In this document: positions 1-7,864 of the stretch, in pieces
Layout: every line of letters begins with the position of its first letter
How positions within the stretch are numbered: position 1 is the stretch's first letter
DNA from: a virus
Length of the DNA: 35,216 nt
Strand: one strand, 5' to 3'
Virus record (IMG/VR): IMGVR_UViG_3300033109_000080
The notes under the pieces: generated by a model
Told to the model about the DNA's origin: nothing
The model's input: only the letters and a program-made list of their open reading frames with translations
The model's database searches: none
Translations under genes and position numbers: made by a program

Positions 1-239
1 CCGCCTCGAGGGCCAGCGCCCCTGAAGGGACGCAGCTCGAGGGCGGGGTGCTGGTCCCGTCGACGGGCTTCGGCGGGCCACCGGCGCGCGGCACGCGCGA
101 GCTCATCGCTGCCTATAAGACCGAGCCCTGGCTGCGGGCGGTCACTGGGCGCATCGCCCGCGGCGTCGCCGCGGCGACCTGGACCGTGTACGCCAGGAGC
201 TCGACCCCGGCGCCGACGTCGAACGCGCGCTCGCGCGGC
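1..239. repeat. Terminal direct repeat, copy 1 (identical to 34978..35216); overlap of a circular assembly, unit length 34,977 bp
   Basis: Compared base by base: 1-239 equals 34978-35216. The repeat lies inside the portal ORF, so it marks a closure overlap rather than a biological boundary. Confidence 0.95.
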
Positions 240-1502
240 CGCCGAGGCCCGGCCGGGAGGTTCCGCGACGTCGCGATGGCGCCAGCCTGGGGCTGGGGCT
301 CCGAGCGTGGCGTCGCGGATCGCTGGCTCGCCCGGGGTGCGGCGCCGGCGCGGGCGAAGCGGCGGCTCGAGCTCGCCGCCGAAGGGCTCCTGCGCGAGCT
401 GAGCGATCATCCGATGCTGGACCTGCTGGCCGCTCCGAACGAGTACATGACGGGGTTGGCGGCGCTCCAGCTCACGCAGGTCTGGCTGGACATCAAGGGC
501 GAGGCCTTCTGGCTCCTCGCCTTCGGCGCTGACGGGCAGCCCAGCGCGTTCTACCCGCTGCCGCCGCACTGGGTGACGGCGACTCCGACGGCGGCCACGC
601 CCTGGTTCCAGGTCTCATACGCCGGCGTGCAGCTGCGGGTGGCGCCGAAGGCGATGATCTGGCTCCGCGACCCCGATCCGGAGAACCCCTACGCCCGCGG
701 CACCGGCATCGCCGAGGCGCTTGGGGACGAGCTCGAGACGGATGAGTTCGCGGCGAAGTACCTGAAGGCCTGGTTCTTCAACAACGCGATGCCGGCCTTC
801 ATCGTCAGCTTCGACGGCGCCGAGCCGGCGCAGGTCAAGCGCGCGAAAGAAGTCTGGGAGTCGGAGCATCGCGGCGTCCACAACTCGCACCGCGCGCACT
901 TCTCCACGGGCAAGATGAACGCGGTCCGCCTCGACGCGAGCTTCCGCGACCAGCAGATCATCGACCTGCGCAAGCTCTCCCGCGACACGCTCGCCCAGGT
1001 GTTCGCGATGCCGCCGGAGGTCATCGGCATCATCGAGAACAGCAACCGCAGCACCATCGACGCGGCCCGGTACATCTACGTGCTGGGCGTCGAGTATCCG
1101 CGCGTCGAGTTCCTCCGCTCCGAGCTCCAGGCGCAGTACGTGCCGCTCTGGGACGAGGCGCTTGCGCTCGAGTGCGAGGTCGACGTCCCCGAGGATGAGG
1201 CCGCCCGCACCGCCGTGATGCGGGCGTTGCCGGGCGCGTTCGAGCTCAACGAGTGGCGCGAAGAGGCCGGCTACGCGCCGCTGCCGCAGTTCGTGGGGCG
1301 CTTCCCGCCGCTCGCTCAGCCAGGTCAGCAGCAGGACCCGCCGCCCGAGAAGCCCGCGGAGAAGCCGATGATGGACCCTGAGGAGGAGCCGGCAGATGGT
1401 GAGACCGAGCTCGAGCCGAAGCCGGCGCGAGGAGATCCACCGTGGGCGCGCGCCTGGGCCGACGACGTCCGCGCTGTTGCCGCCCGGAGGAACGGCACGT
1501 GA
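1..1502 (+). CDS. Phage portal protein (HK97-like family); the 5' end wraps around, with the true ATG at 34941
   Basis: The ORF track gives 48..1502. The frame stays open back to position 3 and continues from the ATG at 34941 across the circular junction (1539 nt, 512 aa in total). It sits directly after terL. Size and sequence character (LRDPDPENPY, FSTGKMNAVRLD, acidic C-terminus) fit portal proteins. Confidence 0.88.
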   Translation, partial: ASRASAPEGTQLEGGVLVPSTGFGGPPARGTRELIAAYKTEPWLRAVTGRIARGVAAATWTVYARSSTPAPTSNARSRGRRGPAGRFRDVAMAPAWGWGSERGVADRWLARGAAPARAKRRLELAAEGLLRELSDHPMLDLLAAPNEYMTGLAALQLTQVWLDIKGEAFWLLAFGADGQPSAFYPLPPHWVTATPTAATPWFQVSYAGVQLRVAPKAMIWLRDPDPENPYARGTGIAEALGDELETDEFAAKYLKAWFFNNAMPAFIVSFDGAEPAQVKRAKEVWESEHRGVHNSHRAHFSTGKMNAVRLDASFRDQQIIDLRKLSRDTLAQVFAMPPEVIGIIENSNRSTIDAARYIYVLGVEYPRVEFLRSELQAQYVPLWDEALALECEVDVPEDEAARTAVMRALPGAFELNEWREEAGYAPLPQFVGRFPPLAQPGQQQDPPPEKPAEKPMMDPEEEPADGETELEPKPARGDPPWARAWADDVRAVAARRNGT

Positions 1503-1810
1503 GGCTGACCGAGCGCCAGGCCACGTTCTGGACCCACCGCGCCGATCGCCGCGGCATGGGCCTCCACTTCCGCTGCCCGTGCTCGCCGGGCTGTGACCGG
1601 GTCATCTCGGTGCCCTTCGAGAATCCGGTCGATGGTGGCGGGCCAGAGCCGAGCGCGCAGGTGACCTGGCACCGCACCGGCGAAACGCTCGAGACGCTGA
1701 CGCTCACGCCAAGCATCGACTTCCGGCACGTCGCCGGCGACTTCGATCCAACGCCCGCGGGCTGGCACGGCTGGGTGCGCGACGGCGAGCTCGTCAACGC
1801 GGGTGGCTGA
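1499..1810 (+). CDS. Small zinc-ribbon protein (CPC..GC, TLTPSI, HGWVRDGELV motifs; resembles DUF6527-type small phage proteins)
   Basis: The GTG at 1499 overlaps the portal stop (GTGA) and is in frame with ORF 1442..1810. The motif pattern FRCPCSPGC ... TLTLTPSI ... WHGWVRDGELV is recalled from small phage proteins. The family assignment is from memory only. Confidence 0.55.
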   Translation: MRLTERQATFWTHRADRRGMGLHFRCPCSPGCDRVISVPFENPVDGGGPEPSAQVTWHRTGETLETLTLTPSIDFRHVAGDFDPTPAGWHGWVRDGELVNAGG

Positions 1811-1812
1811 GC

Positions 1813-2022
1813 GTGCCCCGCGTGATCAGCGCAGATCCGATGGCGGCCGCAGCTCTGAGAGCGGACGCTGTCACCGCGCTCGACGAGGTCCGCACGAGCA
1901 AGCGCCCCCCCATGTCGCCTCTCGAGGCGCTCGCCGTCTACAGAATCGCGAACGGCGAGGCGGTGAAGTTCCTCGGCCGCTGGTCGCTCTCCGCCGGGCT
2001 CGCACAGGAGGCCGTGCTGTGA
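1813..2022 (+). CDS. Hypothetical protein (69 aa)
   Basis: ORF with a GTG start 3 nt after the previous stop. Its stop overlaps the next GTG (GTGA). No recognisable motif. Confidence 0.45.
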   Translation: MPRVISADPMAAAALRADAVTALDEVRTSKRPPMSPLEALAVYRIANGEAVKFLGRWSLSAGLAQEAVL

Positions 2023-3110
2023 CGCTCTGGGCTGCCACCGGAACTCTCGCCACCGGTCGGTGCTTTCACCGAGCGGTGAGGCTGCTCGACGGCCGGGTGC
2101 TCGTCGCCGCTGGGTATAACGGCGGCTACCTGACTTCATGTGAGGTCTGGAATCCAGCGACCGGGACCTGGAGCCCCACTGGCAGCCTCGCCGGCCTCGG
2201 GAACTACTGGCCGGGACTCGCGCTCAACCCGCTCACCGGGAAGGTCTACAAGCTGGGCGGCTGGGGCGTGAGCAACATCCTCTCCGACTTGCAGGAGTGG
2301 GACCCAGCGACGGGCGTCTGGTCGACCAAGGCGGGACCGGGGCAAGGGTTCGCCGCTGGAGCGTGGCTGTGGATGGCGGGCAGCAACGTCTTCCTGCTCG
2401 CGGGCGGACACAACGGCGGGGCGGCGAGTCAGATGGTCAGGACCTATGACCCCGCGACCGACACCTGGACGCGCCAGCCTGATCTCCCGTACGCGTACAT
2501 CTATAACAACGGCATCTACGCGGGCGCGCGCGCCGTGCTGCCGCAGGAGTGGGTGAGCGCGGGCGGACAGGTCACGCAGGAGGTGCTCGACGGCACCTTC
2601 ACCTCAGCGGTCGCGGGCTACCTGAACGCCGCCCGCCTGTGCCACGGCACCTGCCGGCTGCCGAACGGAGACGTGCTGGTGTGGGGCGGCGGGAACGCGG
2701 GCAGCCTCCTTCCGGCGAACGACTCCGCCGACATCCACCGGCCCGGCGTCGGGCTCATCGGGCCGACGGGCAACAGCATGAGCGTGGTGCGCGGGTACAA
2801 CTTCGGCTCCGAGCCGGGGACGCACTACCGGGGAAAGCCGATCGCCCTCGGCGGCTACCAGAACGCCGCCCCCTACGCGGTGAGCGCCGTCGACTTGTAC
2901 GACCCGGCGACGAACCTCTGGGCTGCGACCGATCCAATGCTCGCGGCTCGCGCCGCGTGTGCGGTGGTGACGCTCGCCGACAGCCGCGTGTTGGCGATCG
3001 GTGGCTACGAGGATTCGCCGAGCTACCTGACCTCGTGCGAGGTCTACGGAGAGGCGCTCACCACTGTGAAGCCGTGGCTCGGAGCCGTGCTCAGGAGGCG
3101 CGCAGCATGA
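2019..3110 (+). CDS. Kelch-repeat beta-propeller protein (about 6 blades)
   Basis: Repeated blade signature: GRVLVAAGYNGGYLTSCEVWNPATGTWS, GKVYKLGGWG..LQEWDPATGVWS, NVFLLAGGHNGG..VRTYDPATDTWT, GDVLVWGGGNAG, PIALGGYQN..VDLYDPATNLWA, SRVLAIGGYEDSPSYLTSCEVYG. Start taken at the GTG at 2019 (GTGA overlap). The upstream part of ORF 1803..3110 is Arg-rich and overlaps the 69-aa ORF. Confidence 0.8.
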   Translation: MTLWAATGTLATGRCFHRAVRLLDGRVLVAAGYNGGYLTSCEVWNPATGTWSPTGSLAGLGNYWPGLALNPLTGKVYKLGGWGVSNILSDLQEWDPATGVWSTKAGPGQGFAAGAWLWMAGSNVFLLAGGHNGGAASQMVRTYDPATDTWTRQPDLPYAYIYNNGIYAGARAVLPQEWVSAGGQVTQEVLDGTFTSAVAGYLNAARLCHGTCRLPNGDVLVWGGGNAGSLLPANDSADIHRPGVGLIGPTGNSMSVVRGYNFGSEPGTHYRGKPIALGGYQNAAPYAVSAVDLYDPATNLWAATDPMLAARAACAVVTLADSRVLAIGGYEDSPSYLTSCEVYGEALTTVKPWLGAVLRRRAA

Positions 3111-4159
3111 AGATCATCCCCGGCCTGGCCTTCGACTTCGAGGTCTTCCTCGTCACCATCGCGACCGGGCTCGCGAAGACGACGGGCACCATCTACGCCT
3201 ACGTGCACCGCAGCTCGAACGGCTACTACCTCTGGGCGGACGCGGCCTGGCACGCGACGCTCCCGACGGGAGCCGACGTGCCGACCGCGACGCACACCAC
3301 GGGCGGCGACTGGAAGCTCACCGCCTCGGCCGGCATCACCGGCGCGCTCGCGACCCCGGGCGAGACGCTCACGTGTTCGATGCGCGACGCTGAGAGCGAG
3401 GCTGCTGCCACCGTCATCGGGGCGTCGCACTCAGCCCAGGTGGACGTCACGACGTCGTCGCGCCTTGCGCCGACGACGGCCGGGCGCACTCTCGACGTGT
3501 CGGCGGGAGGCGAGGCGGGCCTCGACTGGAGCAACATCGGCGCGCCCACTTCGACGCAAGGCCTCACGGGCACCACGATCGGCAACGTCGCCGGCACCGT
3601 CGCGGGCCACGCCGGGCAGGTGACCGTCACCGTGCTCGACTCTCTCGGCGCGCCCCTGGCCGGCGTCCTCGTCACGCTGCGCGCGAGCGGAGTCGTCGTG
3701 TCTGCCGGCACCACCAACGGCAGCGGGGTGGCTGTGCTCTCGCATGCCGGCGGCACCATCACCGTCCTCGGCTTCATCGGAGGCTACTCGATCACCACCG
3801 CGTCTCTGGGCGCACTGGCGGCCGATGCTGTCACGACGGCGGCGCTCACCGCTACCCTGCAGCAGGGCACCGCCGCGGCCGATCCCGGCGCGTGCACGGT
3901 CTACACGACGCTCCGACACCTCGACCTGAGCGTGGCCGCCGGCGTCACGGGGACCTGTCGCGTCGCCAGTCTCCCGGCTGAGCTCTCCGCGAACTTCGTC
4001 GAGGGCGCCTCGAGCTCGGCGACCAGCTCGGGCGCCGGGCTCATCTCGTGGACCGCGCCTCGAGGTGCGCGGGTGGTGGTAGAGATCCCGGGCCACCTGC
4101 CGGCGACGCTGATCACCGTGCCGAACGCGGCCTCGGTGAACCTCTCGACCCTGGTGTGA
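3107..4159 (+). CDS. Hypothetical structural/accessory protein with a carboxypeptidase-regulatory-like (Ig-like beta-sandwich) segment
   Basis: The ATG at 3107 overlaps the Kelch stop (ATGA). The segment GQVTVTVLDSLGAPLAGVLVTLRASGVVVSAGTTNGSGVAVLS looks like a CarboxypepD_reg-type repeat. The protein is rich in Thr/Ala/Gly. Confidence 0.6.
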   Translation: MKIIPGLAFDFEVFLVTIATGLAKTTGTIYAYVHRSSNGYYLWADAAWHATLPTGADVPTATHTTGGDWKLTASAGITGALATPGETLTCSMRDAESEAAATVIGASHSAQVDVTTSSRLAPTTAGRTLDVSAGGEAGLDWSNIGAPTSTQGLTGTTIGNVAGTVAGHAGQVTVTVLDSLGAPLAGVLVTLRASGVVVSAGTTNGSGVAVLSHAGGTITVLGFIGGYSITTASLGALAADAVTTAALTATLQQGTAAADPGACTVYTTLRHLDLSVAAGVTGTCRVASLPAELSANFVEGASSSATSSGAGLISWTAPRGARVVVEIPGHLPATLITVPNAASVNLSTLV

Positions 4160-4173
4160 CGAAGGGCTTTTGT

Positions 4174-4203
4174 CGGGTGAAAGCCTCGCGAGACGGTCCG
4201 GCC
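4174..4203 (+). promoter_or_regulatory. Conserved late-module leader element, copy 1 (CGGGTGAAAGCCTCGCGAGACGGTCCGGCC), abutting the protease ATG
   Basis: One of five copies; the others are at 9285, 16759, 32874 and 34911. It ends exactly at the ATG at 4204, and there is no Shine-Dalgarno sequence between them. Confidence 0.7.
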
Positions 4204-4890
4204 ATGACGATGGTCCGGCGCGAGCTCGCGGTCCTTCCGGTGGCGGCGGATGCCGCCGCGGCGAAGTCCCGGGTGCGCCGCTTCATCGCCAGCACCGACA
4301 CGCTCGACAGCCACAACAGCAAGATCAACCCCGACGGCTGGGAGCTCGAGCGCTTCAAGCGCAACCCGGTCATCCCGCTCTTCCACGCCTCGCGCGGGTT
4401 CCCGATCGGCAAGGGGCTCGACATCGGAGTCGTCGACCGCAAGCTGCAGCTCGGCATCGACTTCGCCCCGGCAGACGATCCGGTGGTGGGCGCGGACGCC
4501 GAGCAGGCGCTGCGCTGGATCGACCGCGGCGTGATGGCGGTCTCCGTCGGCTTCCACCCGCTCGAGGCCCAGGTCGCCGAGGATCGGTTGACCGGCGACC
4601 CGTGGGAAGATCTCTTCAACCCGCCCATCGACTACCTCCGGCAGGAGCTGCTCGAGGTGTCGATCGTCGCCATCGGCAGCAACCCCGACGCGTTGCCGCT
4701 GGGCCGCGAGCTGGTGGCCCGGGCCGCGCCGCGGACGCGGGTCGCCTGCGTCGCCGAGCTCGCGAAGCTCACCGCGGCCGCGGGCGAGCGCGTGCTGTCG
4801 CCAGACGAGCTGCGCCGGCTCGTCGCCGACGTCTTCAAGCAGTTGCGCGCCGATGCGGCGCGTCGCCGGGGCACCATCTCAGGAGGGTAA
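4204..4890 (+). CDS. Prohead maturation protease (HK97 / S78-U35 type)
   Basis: RRFIASTDTLDSHNSKINPDGW ... PLFHASRGFPIGKG ... GVMAVSVGFHPLE matches the layout of HK97-type prohead proteases. It lies immediately upstream of the major capsid gene. An alternative in-frame GTG is at 4177, inside the conserved element. Confidence 0.85.
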   Translation: MTMVRRELAVLPVAADAAAAKSRVRRFIASTDTLDSHNSKINPDGWELERFKRNPVIPLFHASRGFPIGKGLDIGVVDRKLQLGIDFAPADDPVVGADAEQALRWIDRGVMAVSVGFHPLEAQVAEDRLTGDPWEDLFNPPIDYLRQELLEVSIVAIGSNPDALPLGRELVARAAPRTRVACVAELAKLTAAAGERVLSPDELRRLVADVFKQLRADAARRRGTISGG

Positions 4891-4894
4891 CCAC

Positions 4895-6202
4895 GTGGAG
4901 ACCGTTTCCGTGAACATGACCGAGCTGAAGTCCATCATCCGCGACGCGGTCGCCGGCGAGATGAGCTCGCGCATGGAGGAGGCCACTGGCCGCGCGGTGA
5001 GCGAGGCCAAGAAGGCGGCGGCGGACCCGGCCGTGTTCCGCGAGATGCTGGACCGCGCGAAGGCCGCGGTCTCCACCACCGATCTCCCGCGCGCGACCGT
5101 CGACCGCACCACGCTGCAGGTCATCCACGATCCGCTCAAGGGCAAGGGCCTCAGTTTCGCCCGCTCCGTAAAGGCGATGGTGGTCGGCATCCTCGACCGC
5201 TGCTCGCCCGCCGACGTCGCCCGCGCCTGGGCGGCCAAGGGCTTCGCGCAGTACGAGGAGATCGCCGTCGCGCTCGACGCGCAGGCGCGCGCCTTCCTCA
5301 CCGGCGCCGCGGCGTCGGGCGGCACCCTCGTGCCCACGGCCCAGGCGGCCGAGGTCATCGAGCTGCTCTACCCGCGGACGGTCGCGCTCGTCTCCGGCGT
5401 CCGGACGATGGAGTTCACCGGCGCGGTCAACCTCGGCAAGATCAACAGCGGGGCGACCATCGGCTACACCGGTGAGGCCGGGCTGATGACGCCGAGCCAG
5501 CCGGGCACCGGCGAGCTGCGGATGTCGGGCAAGAAGGCGTACGGCCTGGTGCCCGTCTCGAACGAGATGCTCCGCAACCCGGCCGTGGGCGCCGACGCCC
5601 TCATCCGCGACGACCTGCTCAAGGCCCTCGCGGTCCGCCGCGACCTCAGCTTCTACCGCGGCGCCGGCAACACCTTCCAGCCGAAGGGCATGAAGGGCTG
5701 GATCAACAGCGCGAACTCGAACGCGATGACGGGCACGCCCACCGCCGCGACGAAGATCGCCGACCTGGTGAAGGCCATCGGCCTGGTCGACGGCGCCGAC
5801 GTGCAGCTCGATGAGTCGGCCGGCTTCGTCATGGCGCCCCGCACGCACTGGGCGCTCGTCGGCACCACCGACGCGAACTCGAACCTGCTCTTCGCGGCCA
5901 TGCTGGCGGCCGGGCAGCTCTTCGGCTTCATGTGCCGCCGGACCAGCTCGATCCCGACCAACCTCGGCGGGGGCACCGAGTCTGAGGTCTACTTCGGCTC
6001 GCACGGCGACGCGATCCTCGGCTTCGATCTCGCCAACCCGCTGCAGGTCGAGGCCTTCCCGAACGGGACGTACCACGACGGCTCCGCGCTCGTGTCGGGC
6101 ATCAGCACCGACATGACCCCCATCCGCATCCTCGAGGGCCACGACGTCGTGCTGCGGCACGACAAGGCCTTCGCGATGATCACCGGCGTCACCTGGGCCT
6201 AA
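4895..6202 (+). CDS. Major capsid protein (HK97 fold) with an N-terminal coiled-coil delta/scaffold region
   Basis: AGGAGGG at 4881-4887 lies 7 nt before the GTG at 4895. It encodes 435 aa after the protease, with a charged helical N-terminus followed by a Gly/Ala-rich body typical of HK97-family capsids. Confidence 0.9.
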   Translation: METVSVNMTELKSIIRDAVAGEMSSRMEEATGRAVSEAKKAAADPAVFREMLDRAKAAVSTTDLPRATVDRTTLQVIHDPLKGKGLSFARSVKAMVVGILDRCSPADVARAWAAKGFAQYEEIAVALDAQARAFLTGAAASGGTLVPTAQAAEVIELLYPRTVALVSGVRTMEFTGAVNLGKINSGATIGYTGEAGLMTPSQPGTGELRMSGKKAYGLVPVSNEMLRNPAVGADALIRDDLLKALAVRRDLSFYRGAGNTFQPKGMKGWINSANSNAMTGTPTAATKIADLVKAIGLVDGADVQLDESAGFVMAPRTHWALVGTTDANSNLLFAAMLAAGQLFGFMCRRTSSIPTNLGGGTESEVYFGSHGDAILGFDLANPLQVEAFPNGTYHDGSALVSGISTDMTPIRILEGHDVVLRHDKAFAMITGVTWA

Positions 6203-6242
6203 GCCAGGCCGCCTGAAGCACACGCAGTCCAGGAGGAGCGAC

Positions 6243-6686
6243 ATGAGCAACGTCATGGTGAATGGCATCGGCCCCGAGGTGAAGCTCGCCATCGGGACGC
6301 CGGCCGGCGACATCGCTGCGGGCACCGTCACCGGCGCGGCCATCGACCGCACCGGCTTCGACTCGATGGTGCTCCACGCGCAGACGGGCGCCGTGGCGGG
6401 CGCCCCCGACACGCAGACGGTGGACACGAAGGTGACCCACTGCGACACCTCGGGCGGCTCGTACACCGACTGGCAGCCTGAGGGCACCGCGGCGTCGGGA
6501 GCGGTCGCGCAGATCACCGCGGCCAACACCCGGAAGCGCAAGTCGATGAGCCTCAAGGGCGCCAAGCAGTTCCTGAAGATCGTCACCGTCACCGCCTTCA
6601 CCGGCGGCACCTCGCCGAAGATCGGCCAGGCGGTCGACGTCATCCTCGGCAGCGCGGTGTCCGTCCCCGCCCAGGCCGACGACTAA
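6243..6686 (+). CDS. Hypothetical protein; possible head decoration/cement protein by position
   Basis: Strong SD (AGGAGGAG, 6231-6238) before the ATG at 6243. Directly downstream of the capsid gene and followed by a hairpin. The function is positional inference only. Confidence 0.55.
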   Translation: MSNVMVNGIGPEVKLAIGTPAGDIAAGTVTGAAIDRTGFDSMVLHAQTGAVAGAPDTQTVDTKVTHCDTSGGSYTDWQPEGTAASGAVAQITAANTRKRKSMSLKGAKQFLKIVTVTAFTGGTSPKIGQAVDVILGSAVSVPAQADD

Positions 6687-6706
6687 CCCAGCTCACCCCC
6701 ACGACA

Positions 6707-6745
6707 GGCCCGCGCCATCTCTGGGCGGGCCGCTTCCCTCTTCCC
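6707..6745 (+). terminator. GC-rich hairpin plus pyrimidine/T-containing tail after the capsid/decoration genes (candidate attenuating terminator)
   Basis: GGCCCGC (6707-6713) pairs with GCGGGCC (6725-6731) around an 11-nt loop and is followed by CTTCCCTCTTCC. The U-tract is weak. Confidence 0.35.
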
Positions 6746-6767
6746 GTCGTCGCCGTCGAGGTCTCCC

Positions 6768-7052
6768 ATGCCCGAGCTCGTCGTCCTCCAGCTGTCGAAG
6801 CACTACAAGAACAACATCGCCGGGGAGATCGCCTCCTTCCCGCCGGACGTCGCCGCTCACATCATCAAGGCGGACGGCGGCACGAAGCTGGCGGAGCTCG
6901 ACCGCGACCAGCGCTACGACGTCGCCACCAAGAAGGTGGTGCCCATCGAGAAGAGCAACCCGGCCGACGTCGCCGAGCTCAAGGCGAAGCTGGCGAAGGC
7001 GACCCAGCTCGTCGCGGACCTCGAGCGCCAGCTCGCGACGAAGCCGAAGTAG
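6768..7052 (+). CDS. Hypothetical protein (94 aa, Lys-rich coiled-coil C-terminus)
   Basis: ORF with an ATG start in the head module. No recognised motif. Confidence 0.55.
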   Translation: MPELVVLQLSKHYKNNIAGEIASFPPDVAAHIIKADGGTKLAELDRDQRYDVATKKVVPIEKSNPADVAELKAKLAKATQLVADLERQLATKPK

Positions 7053-7079
7053 CCCGCCAGCCGGGCGAGAGGAGCGCAG

Positions 7080-7739
7080 GTGCCCGAGGCAGATCTCACG
7101 CTGCCCGCGACGGTGGCCGCCGAGCTCGGCATCGCCTCGAGCGACGCCCGCCTGCCGCGCCTCATCGCCGCCGCCTCGGCCGCCATCCGCGCGCACCTGG
7201 GCCGCCCGCAGCTCCACTACTCGGCCGCCTACGTCGAGAAGGTGGCCGGCTTCGGTGGCCCGCGCCTGGTGCTGGGTCTGACGCCGGTGGGGGCCATCGC
7301 CAGCATCGTCCTGGGCGACGGCTCGACCGTGACGGCCTCGGAGTACACCCTCGAGGACGCGCAGGCCGGGCTGGTCTACCGCACCGGCTGCTGGCCGTGG
7401 ACGGGGCTCGTTCGGCCCGGGCTGCTCTACAGCGACCCAGCGATGGGCACGGAGAAGGCGGAGATCACCGTCACCTACGCCGGGGGCTGGGTGACGCCGG
7501 CGCAGGCGGGCTCGAATGGCTGGACGGGCCCGGCGCAGAGCCTGCCCGCGGACATCGAGGAGGCGGCGGTGCAGACCGTGGTGGGCCTGTACCGGCGAGG
7601 GGGCCTCGATCCGTCCATCGCCAGCGAGGGCCTCGGCGACTACTCGGTGAGCTACCGCGCCGAGGACCCCTCGCTCGGCAGCGCGCTGCCTGCCCGGGCG
7701 CTGCAGCTCCTCGCACCGTACCGGAGGCTCATCTCGTGA
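7080..7739 (+). CDS. Head-tail connector / gp6-like DNA-packaging adaptor
   Basis: SD GAGAGGAG (7066-7073) before the GTG at 7080. The N-terminal pattern LPATVAAELGIASSDARLPRLIAAASAAIRAHLGRP is typical of gp6-like (QLRG-type) head-tail connectors. Position is after the capsid genes. Confidence 0.65.
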   Translation: MPEADLTLPATVAAELGIASSDARLPRLIAAASAAIRAHLGRPQLHYSAAYVEKVAGFGGPRLVLGLTPVGAIASIVLGDGSTVTASEYTLEDAQAGLVYRTGCWPWTGLVRPGLLYSDPAMGTEKAEITVTYAGGWVTPAQAGSNGWTGPAQSLPADIEEAAVQTVVGLYRRGGLDPSIASEGLGDYSVSYRAEDPSLGSALPARALQLLAPYRRLIS

Positions 7740-7864
7740 AGCGACGAGCACAGCGGGCGGCACAGCTCCTCGTCGAGGCGGCGGTGCTCGCGCCCATCGT
7801 CGCCGTCCTCATGACGTGCGTCGTGCTCGAGGTCGCTGCCGAAGAGCTGCGGGGTCGACGGTGA
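7736..7864 (+). CDS. Possible small hydrophobic protein (42 aa)
   Basis: The GTG at 7736 overlaps the upstream stop (GTGA). High GC3 and one hydrophobic stretch, LLVEAAVLAPIVAVLMTCVVLEV. Very short, so uncertain. Confidence 0.3.
   Translation: MKRRAQRAAQLLVEAAVLAPIVAVLMTCVVLEVAAEELRGRR

Noticed and set aside
1-239. Terminal repeat interpreted as a genuine phage DTR or as attL/attR duplication.
   Set aside because: The repeat lies inside the portal coding sequence, and the ORF runs seamlessly across the junction. An assembly overlap of a circular sequence is the simpler explanation.
1803-2018. N-terminal extensions in the ORF track for the Kelch ORF (1803..), the Ig-like ORF (2549..3106), the protease (4048..4203), the C5 MTase (25449..25562) and others.
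   Set aside because: The extensions overlap the preceding, better-supported genes in another frame and translate to Arg-rich junk. Internal GTG or ATG starts that overlap the upstream stop codons fit the genome-wide coupling pattern.
4174-4182. The conserved GGGTGA core interpreted as an extended Shine-Dalgarno sequence (it matches part of AAGGAGGTGATC).
   Set aside because: No start codon lies 5-12 nt downstream in any copy; the starts are 22-30 nt away. Conservation also extends about 20 nt beyond the SD-like core.
4835-6643. 602-aa minus-strand ORF antisense to the major capsid gene. Similar long antisense or off-frame ORFs occur at 6693..7763(-), 12450..14021(-), 14762..16972(-), 17470..19821(-), 23631..24878(-), 25734..27149(-), 33487..35058(-), 25307..27736(+), 10976..12109(+) and 22527..23054(+).
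   Set aside because: These are typical high-GC artefacts, because stop codons are rare in the wrong frames. Their translations are Arg/Ala/Gly/Pro-rich low-complexity sequence. Each one overlaps a gene with recognisable family motifs on the + strand.
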